Below the pieces are notes generated by a model. The model made no database searches. It was not told the DNA's origin and saw nothing but the letters and a program-made list of their open reading frames with translations. A DNA stretch of 64,000 nt from Auanema rhodensis (taxonomy: Eukaryota > Animalia > Nematoda), in NCBI GenBank assembly GCA_964057225.1, contig OZ059895.1, forward strand, positions 8,990,001 through 9,054,000, given 5' to 3'. This document shows positions 44,219-57,069 of the stretch, in pieces. A program made the position numbers and the translations under genes. Each line of letters starts with the position of its first letter. Position 1 is the stretch's first letter.

Positions 44219-45605
44219 TTACGCTAAAATCAACCTAGTTGATTCGCAAGATTTTCTGCTACACATGTCGCAGTACTGTGTAAGTTGAGCATTTCTTCGT
44301 CCTAGAAGATGGTTTTTTATAACTTCTGCTAATCCGTGTTCTAAAATTTGGTTCCTATCTGAAGGCGCAATTAAGAATGCATTATTAAACTGGAAAGAAA
44401 GATTTTAGTTTTGGAATGTGGAAAAAATACAATAACCTTTTTTATGTATTCTGGCAGAACGGTGACAGTATTGAAATTAGGGATGAAATCTGGTATAGGA
44501 ACTATTGCAATATCTTTCCTATCATATCGCTGTTTTCCTGAGAGTTTCTTGATCTATGTAAAAATATATGATACTAACACTCGAGAATTTATAAACTAAC
44601 TTGTTTGCTTAAAGAATCGGACAAAAACAGTGGCCATTCATTCCATCCGTTGTAGAAACCAAGTTTCCATGGAACAGACACTGATAAATTGCTAGCAATT
44701 CGTTCACAATTTGCAGCAACGGATCTTTCATATTCTGTGCGCCCACGACCTCTCTAAAAATTTGGCTTCAAATGTTGTGCATTATATATACAACATACCA
44801 TAGCTGGAGAGGCAAAAACAATACCATCGTACGATCGCTCACATTTCTCCAATTGGTCTATCCAATACTAAATAATCTGTTAGCCTTCGATAGAATAATA
44901 TATAAAACCTCTGTAACAGATGGATGAGTGCTCCATCGATGAATAGCCGAAACATCAAAAGAAATATCCGTATTTGGAATGATACGAGAACTATGTTTAT
45001 TCTCATTATTAGGAGCTGATACGGTGGTTTTGAGCAACTGTTCCGCAACAATATTCAACAAAATTCCTGTATGAGCACATGCAAAATGTGGTGATATTGA
45101 AGCGACAATCAGTCTGCTCACTCCAGTACTTCAAATTTAAAATTCTCAGGTTATTCTTAAAATTCCTTACTTCATTGCGTCTTCAAGCGAATTCACAAAA
45201 TCTTGTGATCTTGATGGGAACAATGTCGTTACACTAATGCGACCAAACTCCGGTAAAAGCGTATTCAAAGCTCTCTCCACTTCTTTTGCCAACTTATTTA
45301 AATCATCCTCAATAGTATTTCTCTCGCCATAATCAGCGATACACTTTCTAATAGTATCATTAATTAAGAAGGAATGTGGAATATACCTAAAAATATCAAC
45401 AATTTAAGGGAAACAATTCGAAAAGTTACCGCATCAATCTCTCGGGGACATTATAATACTCGAGAGCTATTTTTTTAATATAATCTTTGGCATAGTATTC
45501 TGTTTTAGGTTGGCCCTCATGAATTAAAACCACAGCAGTTTTTGAGTTTCCGGTACTGTTGGAGCACATCCGACGACAGGAAGCAACAAATTGACGACAC
45601 AGCAT
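44219..45605 (-). CDS. fecl-1: Ferrochelatase-like protein, mitochondrial, catalytic residues degenerate
   Basis: Arg-rich presequence; KTAVVLIHEGQP, SPHFACAHTG, IHRWSTHP, C-terminal CDMCSRKSC; divergent from crml-1. Confidence 0.82.
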
Positions 45606-46439
45606 TGTTTCTTTGTTTTTGCTTTTTTATTAATTAATTCACTTCTTCAAATCATCTAAAACTAGTAAAATGAAGGTATGCAAGAATAACTCTGAAAACA
45701 ACCGAAATAATCAAAGTCAACTACACATTAAACATAAATTTGTTAATTTTTACATTTCGAATTTCAATGTGAGTTTGAGAAAAAAAAGTTAAAATTGTCA
45801 ATCAACCTATTTTTTTAGCTTTAAATAGGTTTGAATCAAAACAGCTAAAATCCAACTAAAATCGAGCGAGAAACAAACTGACAAAGGTATAGACAATTAA
45901 TAGGTAATTTCTTTGAAAATATCATTAATTTTTAACTAATCTTAAAATTGAATTAATCTATATAAAATCGGGTAATCATAATTGAATATTTTTATTTGAA
46001 AGTTAGTACTTCCTCTCTTGTAATTTTTCACACAGTCATAAGTATAATTAAAACAAGGAGTTCATGGAAGTCAACACCATACGTATTATCATTTTATAAA
46101 GTACGTAGAGTAAGCAGTTTAATTATAAGTAGAGCACGCAGTTTGCGCCATAGGCGCCTGCCCTCCCACCATTTGCGCAGAATTTATTTAAGCACCTACA
46201 TGAAGCTTGAGCGTTCCTTAATTACTTATTAATTATTCAATCTTTTCCTTAGTGTTATTAGGAATCATATGATCAGCTTTGATTCATACATTTCCTTTTT
46301 GTGCATTCTGAAACAATTGGGAAAAGTTTGAAATTTACATCTCTTTATTCCTTCCAGGAGGTGGTACGGGTCGGTAGGTGTGAGTCACAGCCTATTCTCA
46401 CTGTTGACGTTTATGACTGTTTCTTAAACGTCTACAATT

Positions 46440-49400
46440 ATGTCCATGAGTCGCAGTATGATGGAAGAGCTGTGTGAATACGTACTACGTAAGTTGTTGC
46501 ACCTTTCTTCAGGTTAATTTATTGTCACATTAAGATAAACCATCTATAATTCTCGGTAATAAGTTTTTCGATTGTCGAGCTGCTCTAGGTGTTGAGATAG
46601 CTCACAAAGCAGAAAAATTTGAACCAAAATTGTTAGTTTTATCTAAGTTTCGCGTTTTCTTTGTTGTTGGGAAATCACCTTCCTCCTTGAAAATTGAAAG
46701 AAGTTTCCATATTTTGAGTATAAGAGGCATACATATAATTAAAGAGAATGAGGTCAGTTACCAAGATTGCAACTTTTCTTGAAGTTATGTTTTAGCTGGC
46801 AATCTTTGTGGATGACTCACAGTCTAAGAAACCATATACAATCAGATATGGAAAGCAATCTGCTCATCAAGTTGCTCTTCATTTTTTATCAGCTCTAAAA
46901 CACTATTTCCCTGATATAAGTAAGCTATATATATTTTGGTATAATTACTTTTATATTTTTTTATAGTGAATCAATTACGTACGCATGTTGATCTAGCGCC
47001 CGCATCGCTGTATGAGGAATTTATTTTAATTCAAATTGATGCTGCCGCCAGGCCTTGCCACAGTTTTAGACGAACTTATGCGGCTTTATGCGATTTTTAT
47101 GATCAGCCATATCGTGAAGAAGTGTCTTGGGTAAGTTGCTTTGTTTCGCATATTTGTAATAATCAACATTCTAAGGATATTGAAAAAATTTATACCATTA
47201 ACAACGTTAAATGCCTACGAATAGATGATTTCTCTCACTTACTACCTAGGTACTTTTTTTACTGATTTATTGATAATCAATCCTGTATTTAAAGAGATTT
47301 ATTACCCATTGTTGGTGTATTGATGTATTCGTCATATTTCACTGGATTATCAGCAGATGGGGTTCGAATACCACCTGAGTTGATTGAGATTATTTTGTCT
47401 GTTGTAAAGAAATCTTCTTACTTAACGGAGTTAAAGTTGAGGAATTGCGGATTGCCTAGGTAAATGTTTGCTTAAAAGACCTTCTCACTTTCACACACAC
47501 ATATATTTAGAGACTTCATACATTTGTTTGCTAATGCGCTGCAACAAATTAGTGGTACCATATTGGAGACCGTGGACTTGTCGAAAAATGCATTGGACGA
47601 CAAAAAGGGTAAAATTTTTTACATTTATGTTTACCCACTTTAAAATGTATTTAGGTTTTTCTGTATTTTGTACTGTTTTATCAAAAATGACTTCGTTGCG
47701 GTATCTTGTTTTAGCTGAATGTGGTTTAAGTGATAAATGTGTTCAATTGCTTTGCTCTGGGTTATACAAGTGAGTTTTACGGTTAATCTTTCTGATTTTG
47801 ATTTAAATAAATTTATAGCAGCATAACGTCTTCCAAATCGAGTCCTCTTCAAGGCTTAGTTGAACTGAATTTAGCCGAGGGGAATATTAAAGATGAGGTA
47901 AACAGTGTTTGTAAATATAACTATAGGTAGTCTGTTTCATATTTTAGGTATCACCACTTGTAAACCTTGTATCTTTATGCAATACTCTCCGTGTTTTGGA
48001 TCTCACAAACACTCAATTCCCATTAGATAGAATCTGGCCCGCGCTTAAATTTGGTGGTCTACAAATGGAGAAGTTAATTTTGTCGGGTTGTCAAGGCGGG
48101 AAGAAAAGCACAGATAGTGCACATGTAAATGTTTCTTTGAAAATCTGGAAAAAAACAAGCGTATTTCAGATTATGAAAGAGTTTTTTGCCATGGCAGTTA
48201 ATCTGACTCATATCAGTTTCGCAGGTACTGTATTAAGTCCTGAACTGTTGAAAGCAGTTTTACTCGGACTGGCTTCCAATCAACAGGTTTTTTTTAATTT
48301 TAAACATTAATATTTGCAATTTCTTTTCTGTTGTACAAATTTGTTTCATTCCATACAAGGCTCTCATGAAACTTATTACCCTTTTTCTAGTTGATGCCGT
48401 ATTATTTGGATCTTGAGGCGGTGTGTGAGAAAGGATGTGGCCCCGTTTTGGAAAGTTGTTTATCGAGCTTAAGATGCTCAGGAATTAGCTTAAGAGACAA
48501 TGGCTTAGAATTAGATTTACAAGTACTGTTATTTTCTATTATACCTTATTAGTATTGTTTGTATTAAGGGAATTGTCCGATCTCTCCTTGGCATCACAAC
48601 TTTGAAAAAATTAGATATTGGTGGTAATAATCTTATTGCCTTACGTCGTTCTTCCAAGCCTTCTCATGCCAATTCTTTAAATCGTCTTTTGCTAGATGTA
48701 GTTAAATTGTGCTCTGATGATTCGGTATGCTTTTAATTTATATTTTCTATGATGTTATGAAATAATATTCTAGCCACTTGAAGAACTGATTCTTTCAAAA
48801 GCACAATTGGGTTCTCATCTCAGTGTGATACTAAACACTCTAGGAGCAACAACTTCTCTACGAAGTTTAGATATTTCACACAATGAAATGACTAATTTTG
48901 GTGCTCGCATACTATCAAAGGTATATAATTTTAGGATATAAAGTATTTAAGTATAAATCAAATGTTATTTTTTCCAGGCTCTTCAACTAAATGTTTCGTT
49001 ACGTCATCTGATAATTGATCACAATAAAATTGGTGCTGATGGTTTTGTTGATATTGCTTCTTCTATGCAAATGTAACGCTTTTAAATAACTTTTTCTTCC
49101 TGTCTACGAACATAGTTTTAAGGAATTTCACACTGACTAGTATTCCGTATCCAGCTAATGATCTTTTTGAATGCAAAGCAAGAAATGAGCATGTTCGGGC
49201 CATGACAGCGTTAACTCAAATTGAAAATGCTCTAGAACGTAATAGGTCAACCGATTGCTTCGAGATTGCTAACTCTAAGAAAGGATTGAACGGCGGAATT
49301 CAAAGCGTAACTTGTTTTTATTTCATTTATTCTTTTACAATTCTCTTTTCAGTTGATTGATCTTGGAACATCAACAGGAGATTTAATAAAAAGTGCTTTT

Positions 49401-50646
49401 CATGAAGCTCGGTACGATCCAACGCTGCCTCCTAAAATTGAAGAAATGGTTCATGATTTTGTTGATCAAGTAAACAAAATATTCTATGTATATGTATGAT
49501 TTTTTTTGTTATTTGTAGATGAGGCAAGAAGCATCCATTATGATACAGGAAACTATTGCTCGTGTTGGTGACTTAGCTCATGATTATGTGGGGGATGCCG
49601 CCAGAGCTGAGAGAATAGCTTCGGAACGTTTAAAAGAACTTTGGTTAAGAGATGTAAAAATGGTGGTCAGGTATATATGCGATCGAACAGCCTCATCCGC
49701 AATTATAATTTATATTTAGTGATTGGCGATGGCGAGAACTTTGTGATCGTAGTGAACAGGCTCTCCGTTCAACCAGTGAAGGAAGAACAGCTAGTCTCAG
49801 TAGCGCTTCCATTGAAGGGTCTCCTTGCATTTCTTCTCCTCGTATTCATAAAAAGTAAACAATGCATATTTAAGTAGTTTCTAACATGACTTTAGGTCTA
49901 TTGATGCCCCAGCTCATCGTCCTAGAAGTATTATTGGTGACTTGAATATTCCTGGATCTCCTACAGCTGAAGAAGAGAATGGAGTTAATTTAGATACGCC
50001 TCCAAAATTATCAGGGCTTACTCATCTACAGAAGGCACGCCCTCGTCGTAGAGGAGGTATTTTATTTTCTCAATTTGCAATTTCCAAAATAAAAAATCAG
50101 GTCGATCAAATAGTAAAGAAGATGATAACATGATGAATCGAAGCTGTGACTTAACTGAATTGGATGAAGACACAAAAAGTGAAGATAGTGTGCTTAGTGA
50201 ACCTAAAAAGGTTTATCCAAATATGAAAAAGGTTTTAATGTGTAGTGTTTAAGCCATTATCTGAGAGAGCTGGATATAGAGTTGCTATGCTTCCGGAAGC
50301 TGCTCTTATCAATTCTTCAAATCTTCGCCCTGCTGCTGAGAGAGGTTTATCTCCTCGTGAACCAAGTTCACCGTTTTCTTCAAACTTTAATGATAATTCC
50401 CCACCCCAAATCCCGAATCGTAACAGGTAAGCATGAATTGTGTTTACATTTGTATCATTGTGTTTCAGAAGTGGTGGACAAGGCCCAGTACCTTCTAGCC
50501 CACCCAGCTTGCCTCCGAAACCAGAACCCCGTTTAAGAACATTAGTTCCTAATCCCACGGCACCATCTGCTCCACCCAGTGAAGACGAACAAAATGCCAA
50601 TAATCGCGTATCCGTTGCTGATATGACCCGCATTTTTAACCGATGA
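46440..50646 (+). CDS. crml-1: CARMIL (PH + LRR + capping-protein-interaction motif)
   Basis: RPCHSFRRTYAALCDFYDQPYREEVSW, many LRRs, CPI-like LTHLQKARPRRR, Pro-rich tail. Confidence 0.93.
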
Positions 50647-50936
50647 TTTGCCTTTAAAATATCCATGATTTGACACCCTCACCTAGTCATTTTATTATAT
50701 TCTATTCTATCTATATTTTCAACACAGGTGGCTAATGCTTTCATATACACATCACTTAAGTAGTTTTTTCACGTGTAAAACTCAATTAGAACCTGACATT
50801 GATATATCTCCCTCTATCGGGTTATTCGTATCATGTATCTTACCATGTGATCATATATATTTTTATCTAATGTAAATATTTTATTTTATAAATATTAAAA
50901 CCTTATGTCGTTTTCTCAGATTCAAAAAAATTTAAC

Positions 50937-52723
50937 TTATTGAGAACTTTCCGCAGTCTGTCCTGATGCTCCCTTTAGTATTCTGTCGAGCTGAGCTTGG
51001 GCATCCTGCGGAACAGGTGCAGCACGAGGCGATGTTGCAGGCTTATCCTATATTGTAACAAGTTAAAATATAACAGGCTAATACAAACTAAAACCTTAAG
51101 TAAATTAGAGAAAAAGCTCGCAAGCGGACTATTATTGTCTCCACCTTCCTCTAGTAGTGTTGCTTTCTTGACAGGAGCAGGCGCAACGGACTCAGCAGCA
51201 GCTAATTTAGCCAAGAAAACCTTGATATCATAAATATAATAATAATTAAAATTGTCAATATTAATACTTGCTCATTTTCAGCTTCAACCAGTTGTTCTCG
51301 TACTACAGCTGGTTTTTCTCTGGTAGGCTCCAATGGATTATCTACACCCGGCACTCCATCCTTAAATTACATTAATTGAAAATAAATTGATTTTAAACTC
51401 GCCTTGATTATGTCAATTTTTTTCTGACCATCCCAACCAGCGGGGACAAAAATGGAATCACGTTCGATTAGTTGAGGTTGTTGAGTGAATGGAAGGCCAT
51501 AAGCTCGGTGAATAATGTATTTGTAAAGCGTCTATAATATGCTATTATTTTCATAAGTTATCAGGGTTTTGTATACACCTGAATTCCTTTAGAGGTTTTG
51601 GAGCTAGTATATACAAGAGTTGCTCCTAATTGGAGGCAAAGCTGTCGAACTTGAACAATTATTCTGTCAGCCTGCTGACTGTTCATGTCAGTTCCTAAAG
51701 ATTTTGAATGTATAATTAATCAACGTTTACAACTAGATCGACCGATTTGCTTAACAATAGAAGTATTAATAATTTTTACCTAAATCGGCCTTGGTGATAA
51801 CAACAATTATATTAGCACCACAATTCTCAGTAAGAACTCCGGGTTCAACAGGCAATAAACCCGTTTCTTCTATACCAGTGACCATAGAAGTTGTCATCGA
51901 ACATTCAATCGAAGGTTCAACATATTCTTGCCAATTTCTTTCTTCTAAAATTAACAACTGTATTTCTTTTAATGTATTTTAACTCACGTAGTTGCTTTGC
52001 TTCAGTTAAAACAGATTTATCATACTTTTGATTAATATGAAGAGACAATAAGTTAGCCCAACGGCGGATGGAATGAATGAGACCTGAAATATACAACATT
52101 GCGTACCCCAAAAACCATTTATATGCACCAGGATTTTCCAAGGAAGCACATAAAAGAACTACTGCTCTAGAAGGAGAAGAAGGAGGAAGTGCATTACGCA
52201 ACAAATCCGCAAATGTTTCATCGCCATCTAATGTCCAAACCTTTATAAAGAATATAACATTTATTGAATATCTTCTATAACTCACAGGTAAAAACAAGTT
52301 TTCCACCCCAAGCCCACCAGCAGTACCCAACTGATATGCATAACTTCCATCACTTGGAACATTTAGTATGTTATATTCCAAAGCTGATGGACGAATTTGA
52401 GTATCGGATTTTTCCAGTTTACTAAACAATGATGTTTTACCGCATTGCTTCTCACCTAGAATATTTAATAACACAACGTATAAGAAGTGTTCAAACCAAG
52501 CATTATAACAGAAGAACCTTGTAAAGTATTTCGTGCTTTAGCACTAACTTCTTGCAGGACCTTTGTCCTTAAAATAAGCGAGTATTTTAATCATATATAA
52601 CTATATATGTATGTATATATAAATATATACAAACCATATCTTTTCCTCATCTTGCGGAGCTTGGATATTACTTGGAGGTAAACCAAATGGGACGCTGCTG
52701 CTTATCAAATCCGCAGCGGACAT
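50937..52723 (-). CDS. dli-1: Cytoplasmic dynein light intermediate chain
   Basis: GEKQCGKTSL, VWTLDGD, VVITKADL, RDSIFVPAGWDGQKKI, EQVFLAKL, LASFFSNLL. Confidence 0.94.
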
Positions 52724-53105
52724 TCTTCAACGAAATATAAATAATTTACTACTTCCTGAACTTATCAAGCCCCTAATTACAATAAGCATTTGATTAAAAT
52801 TAAAAATAATAAGGATAAACATGTGTCACTCTTGTGCTCTGTTTGAATTGAGAATCAATGGGTGTACTATTTCTGTGCGGGACCAATAATGACTACGAGG
52901 GAACGTTATGAGGTCAATCCTCGTGATGTTGCACGAGTAGTATCAGCTTAATGTAATTACCATATAGATATAACCATCAACTTTTAATCGTAATAGAACT
53001 AAAAGATGAACTTTATTACTTGAAATATATTTTGACAGCATTTGAAGTAACTCTCTTGGAACTCTTTTATTTATTTTTAATTTTCTAAAATCTTGTCCGT
53101 TTTAG

Positions 53106-53408
53106 ATGTCTTCTGGTGAAATCACTGCTCCTGAATCTGCTGTATTGCAAGAACCTGCTGGTGCTAATGAATTATCTGTTTTGGTAAGAAAAATAGCTGT
53201 TTATCGATAAATAAAACTATATTTTTTTAAAAATTAAGTAAACTATGGTTTTCAGATACAAGGTGTTCTTAGTCAAACTCAGGAACGCTTTCAAAATCTA
53301 TCTGATCAAATTATTCGAAGAATAGACGAAATGACTAAAAGAATTGATGCCTTGGAGAAGAATATCACTGAACTTATGAACGAAAATATTGAACAAAACC
53401 AGCCATAA
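53106..53408 (+). CDS. hsb-1: Heat shock factor binding protein 1 (HSBP1), 2 exons
   Basis: IQGVLSQTQERFQNLSDQIIRRIDEMTKRIDALEKNITELM. Confidence 0.93.
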
Positions 53409-53607
53409 TTATCGTATGCTTGCATTTTAATGTTCTTGCTATTAATGTATGTATTGAGTTTCATTTCCTTGTTGTATTTATTATTTTCGTAATGAAAATG
53501 CTTAATTACAAGTATTAGTTTCAAATTACAGAAAACATTGAATTACTGTCATGTAAATGTATTTGTTCAGTTCCACCCATTATGTCTTTAAGTAAAGTAG
53601 ATTTAGG

Positions 53608-55147
53608 ATGGGAGCTGAATCATCTAAGAATGTTAAACAGCCAAATTTCAATAACATTGACACCGTTTTTCTAACCAAATTACAGACGAATCTGTTATCA
53701 AAAGGAGAAACGCAAGAGTTCAAAACAAAGGAGAGTGCAATGGTAACTGAAAGGACTGTTCCCATGCTCATGTTCTACTTTAGAAAGCTTTTCCTTCAAC
53801 CTCTATCGCAGCGTGGTCTCTTTGCTTTGACAAGCTTCAAGAAAAAGGTGTATTGAAAATAAAGAAATTACTGGAAACCTTGGATAAGCTAATCGGAGAT
53901 ACAAGCGACCAATCTGATATTTTACTCACCCTCTATGAAACTCCTTTAACTGTTGGAACTTTTTAGTTTATTATATTTGTATGTTTATGCTGTTCTAGGC
54001 TGTGAAAGAAGTTTCCAAAATATTCGCAAGAGAAAAGAAATTGAGTGTTGATGAGGAAGCTATATTCATTGGTTATTTAATTCAAAATCTAACGCAAGAG
54101 CATTCCCAATTTCACAAGTGGATGCAAAGCAAGTAATGATTTCATTTAAATAGTTATATACCTTTGATTTAAATAGTTCTATATTTCCACAAATCGTATT
54201 GAGTGTTTTCGAACCTTTTGTTGGGAAAGTAGGACCTCCTCTTACACCAAAGTTATCTACAAAGAGTTGCATTTTGAATGCACCGGGTGCTCTTATAGTT
54301 CTGAACTCTCATTTACCAATGGAACGAAGAAAAAATTGGACTTTATTGTTCAATAGGTATTTTATACTCTTTATGTGTAATTCTAGTTATCCCTTACAGT
54401 TCCATTCATGGATGTAGTTTCTCACAGCTATACAACAGAGTTAATGGTGAAGGACCTTGTTTGATCGTTGTAGAATCTACTATTGGTTCTGTATTTGGCT
54501 GTTTCGCTAGCGAAGGTTTTTAAATATAAGAATTAGATTTCATTTAATCGTTTGTAGGACTTGTATCTGGGCCACAATATAGAGGCGATGAACGCTGTTT
54601 CCTTTTTGAAATTAAACCTCAACTTCGAATTCATATGGCTACTGGCCGATCCGTAAACTATGGTTACCTTAATGCTCAACAGAGCACACTACCTAATGGA
54701 CTAGTAATTAAATATAATTTGGGTGAAGTTTCTGATTATATTGCAGGGAATGGGTGGTTATGAAGAATCGTGGCCTTTTTTCATACATGAAGAATTTGGT
54801 AAAGGGCAATGCATAGCGAACATGACATCGTTCGAAAAATGTCAAATCGCCGGAGCAACAAACTTCGAAATAAAGTTAGATCAGATGATATTGATTCCAA
54901 ATTCTACTACTTTTTTAAAGGAATGTTGAAGCATGGAGAGTCGGTGAGAAGCCAAAATTAACCGAAGAAGAAGAAGAACATATCAGAAAAGAGAAATCAA
55001 TTATCGATAAGGTATAATGGTGCCGAAATTGAATTATATTAGAAATTCTAGGATCCGGAAGCCAAGGCGCTTCTAGAAATGAGCGGGCGGAAGATGCATT
55101 CAGAGGCTTATAGAGACGCTGAGCCTATCTTAGACGAAGAAGAATAA
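53608..55147 (+). CDS. eak-7: TLDc-domain protein MEAK7/TLDC1, N-myristoylated
   Basis: MGAESSK; WTLLFN..HGCSFSQL..GPCLIVV..VFGCFAS..YGYLNAQQSTLPNGL|GMGG; SIIDK|DPEAKALLEMSGRKMHSEAYR. Confidence 0.92.
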
Positions 55148-55262
55148 AATAAATATATATAGTGATACTAGTGTACATTCCATACTTAAATCTAGTCATT
55201 GAAATATGAAATAAAGTTTACTATGTTACTGAACAGTTCGCATAAAACTATTATCCTATTCT

Positions 55263-56276
55263 TTACTTGGACTCAGTAGATTTTCCGATATCGACCTTCT
55301 TGTATCCACTTGTAATAGAAGCATTGCGGAAAGCTGGGAAAGTTTCCCATGGAGTTTCCAAATCGAATTTGCGGAATTCTTGGGCGAGCTCACTTGGTTC
55401 GTAGACAACACGTTTCAACTCAGGATCATATCTAACCTGTAATAGCTCACTTAGTCAATTCAAAAATATGCATAACAATCGTACCTCATTATATCCAGAA
55501 AGAGGGAAATCTTTTCTGAAGGGATGTCCTTCAAATCCATAGTCAGTAAGAATACGACGAAGATCAGGATGATTATTGAACCAAACACCGTACATATCAT
55601 AAACCTCGCGCTCAAACCTTAATTAAAATAGAAAAATCCCAAATTCAAAATAAAAGTTACCAATCGGCACCCTTGAAAATAGGAGTGGCAGATTCGAGAG
55701 CAGCAATTTCATCGGTATAAGTACGAACACGGCAGCGAGCATTAAAACGAGGAGAATATAAAGAGTAAACGACCTGAAAATCTCAGTAAATTTTCAAAAA
55801 CAGAAAAAGCAATTTAACCTCAAATCTATTTTGGCGTGTTGGAACATCAACACCACATATGAAAGTGAGATTGGTGAATTGAGCTGAGTGATTTCCCTTC
55901 AAGAATGAGAGAACTGGAATAACACCCGTTGGGTGAATAAGAATTTCAAGCTCATCTCCAGCAGCAAACTGCAACACTCATATTAAACTAGTTTATTTTT
56001 TTTCTGGCATACTTGGACTTGTTGAACAAACTTTGGCATGCATTCAGCTGCGTAACGGCCAAAATGAGCAAGACGATCACGTTTCTGCTCATCAATTTTC
56101 CAAATAGTTGCTAAAATTGAAATATGGCATTGGAATAAGTAATAAATTCTACGTTTCTTTGACTTCTGCTCTTCCTTACTATTCTGAGCTTGAGAAAGAG
56201 GGGCAGACACGGATAAGCAAGCTGTTCTCACGTGTTGCACGCTTCGAATTGCACCTCTCAAGGCCACAGGCAGCAT
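55263..56276 (-). CDS. nuo-2: Complex I subunit NDUFS3 (30 kDa)
   Basis: [56 protein letters not shown]. Confidence 0.96.
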
Positions 56277-56405
56277 CTATGCAAATTACCAATAAAATAA
56301 ATTCCAGTTAGAAAAATAAGTATGTAACGGTAAGTATACCTAAGCACGTAAAAGTAATCAGAGTTAAAAAAAACTTTGTTATAAGAACAACTTAAGACAA
56401 AAAGA

Positions 56406-57069
56406 CTAAGATATAACAATATCGCCACTAATAATTTTTTTTGTTAAATCATTAACATAACTTTCCGTTGAACTGAATTGAATATTATTGAACTTAAACA
56501 GTTTCTTTTCAATAACACAAATAGCATCGAGAATAGCTTCATAAGATCCTAGAAATTTAAAATTTTACAAATGTATCAATAATCATTTTACCTGTAATTT
56601 CAAGAAAACTATGTGATCTGTCCTTTTCTGTAACAATAATCTTAGTGTTCGTTGACATCATCATTTCTTTAATCGATCGACCGCCAACTCCTTGAAATTT
56701 GGATATGATAGAAATAAAGAATAAAAAAAACCTATTATGAACCCTATTACTTCGCAAGGCACTTCGAGGGCAAACATTAAACTGCTCATCTCAATAGAGA
56801 CTATCATTTCATATATAGCAACCACAGCATTGTCCACTTCAAATTCAGAACCTTTTATTTTTATCTGAGGATCATGGTCTTCATTATAAAATATTATAGC
56901 ACGAACCTATAAATTTAAAAAACTTTGTAAAAGGAAGTATTAATATTACTTTGCAAGCTTTTTCAAAATTGTTTAAGACTACACCCTTTGTTCCGATAAT
57001 TCTTCCAATTGTTTTTGGTTGAACAATACCGGCTAATGAAACAATCTTTTCTACGGTTTCTGGGTGCAT
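56406..57069 (-). CDS. Small protein with two KH domains
   Basis: IGRIIGTKGVVL and IGFII|GVGGRSIKEM GxxG loops; 4 exons with GT-AG junctions. Confidence 0.8.

Noticed and set aside
52890-52945. Inverted repeats (CTCGTG..CACGAG) between dli-1 and hsb-1
   Set aside because: Short; more simply explained as bidirectional promoter elements
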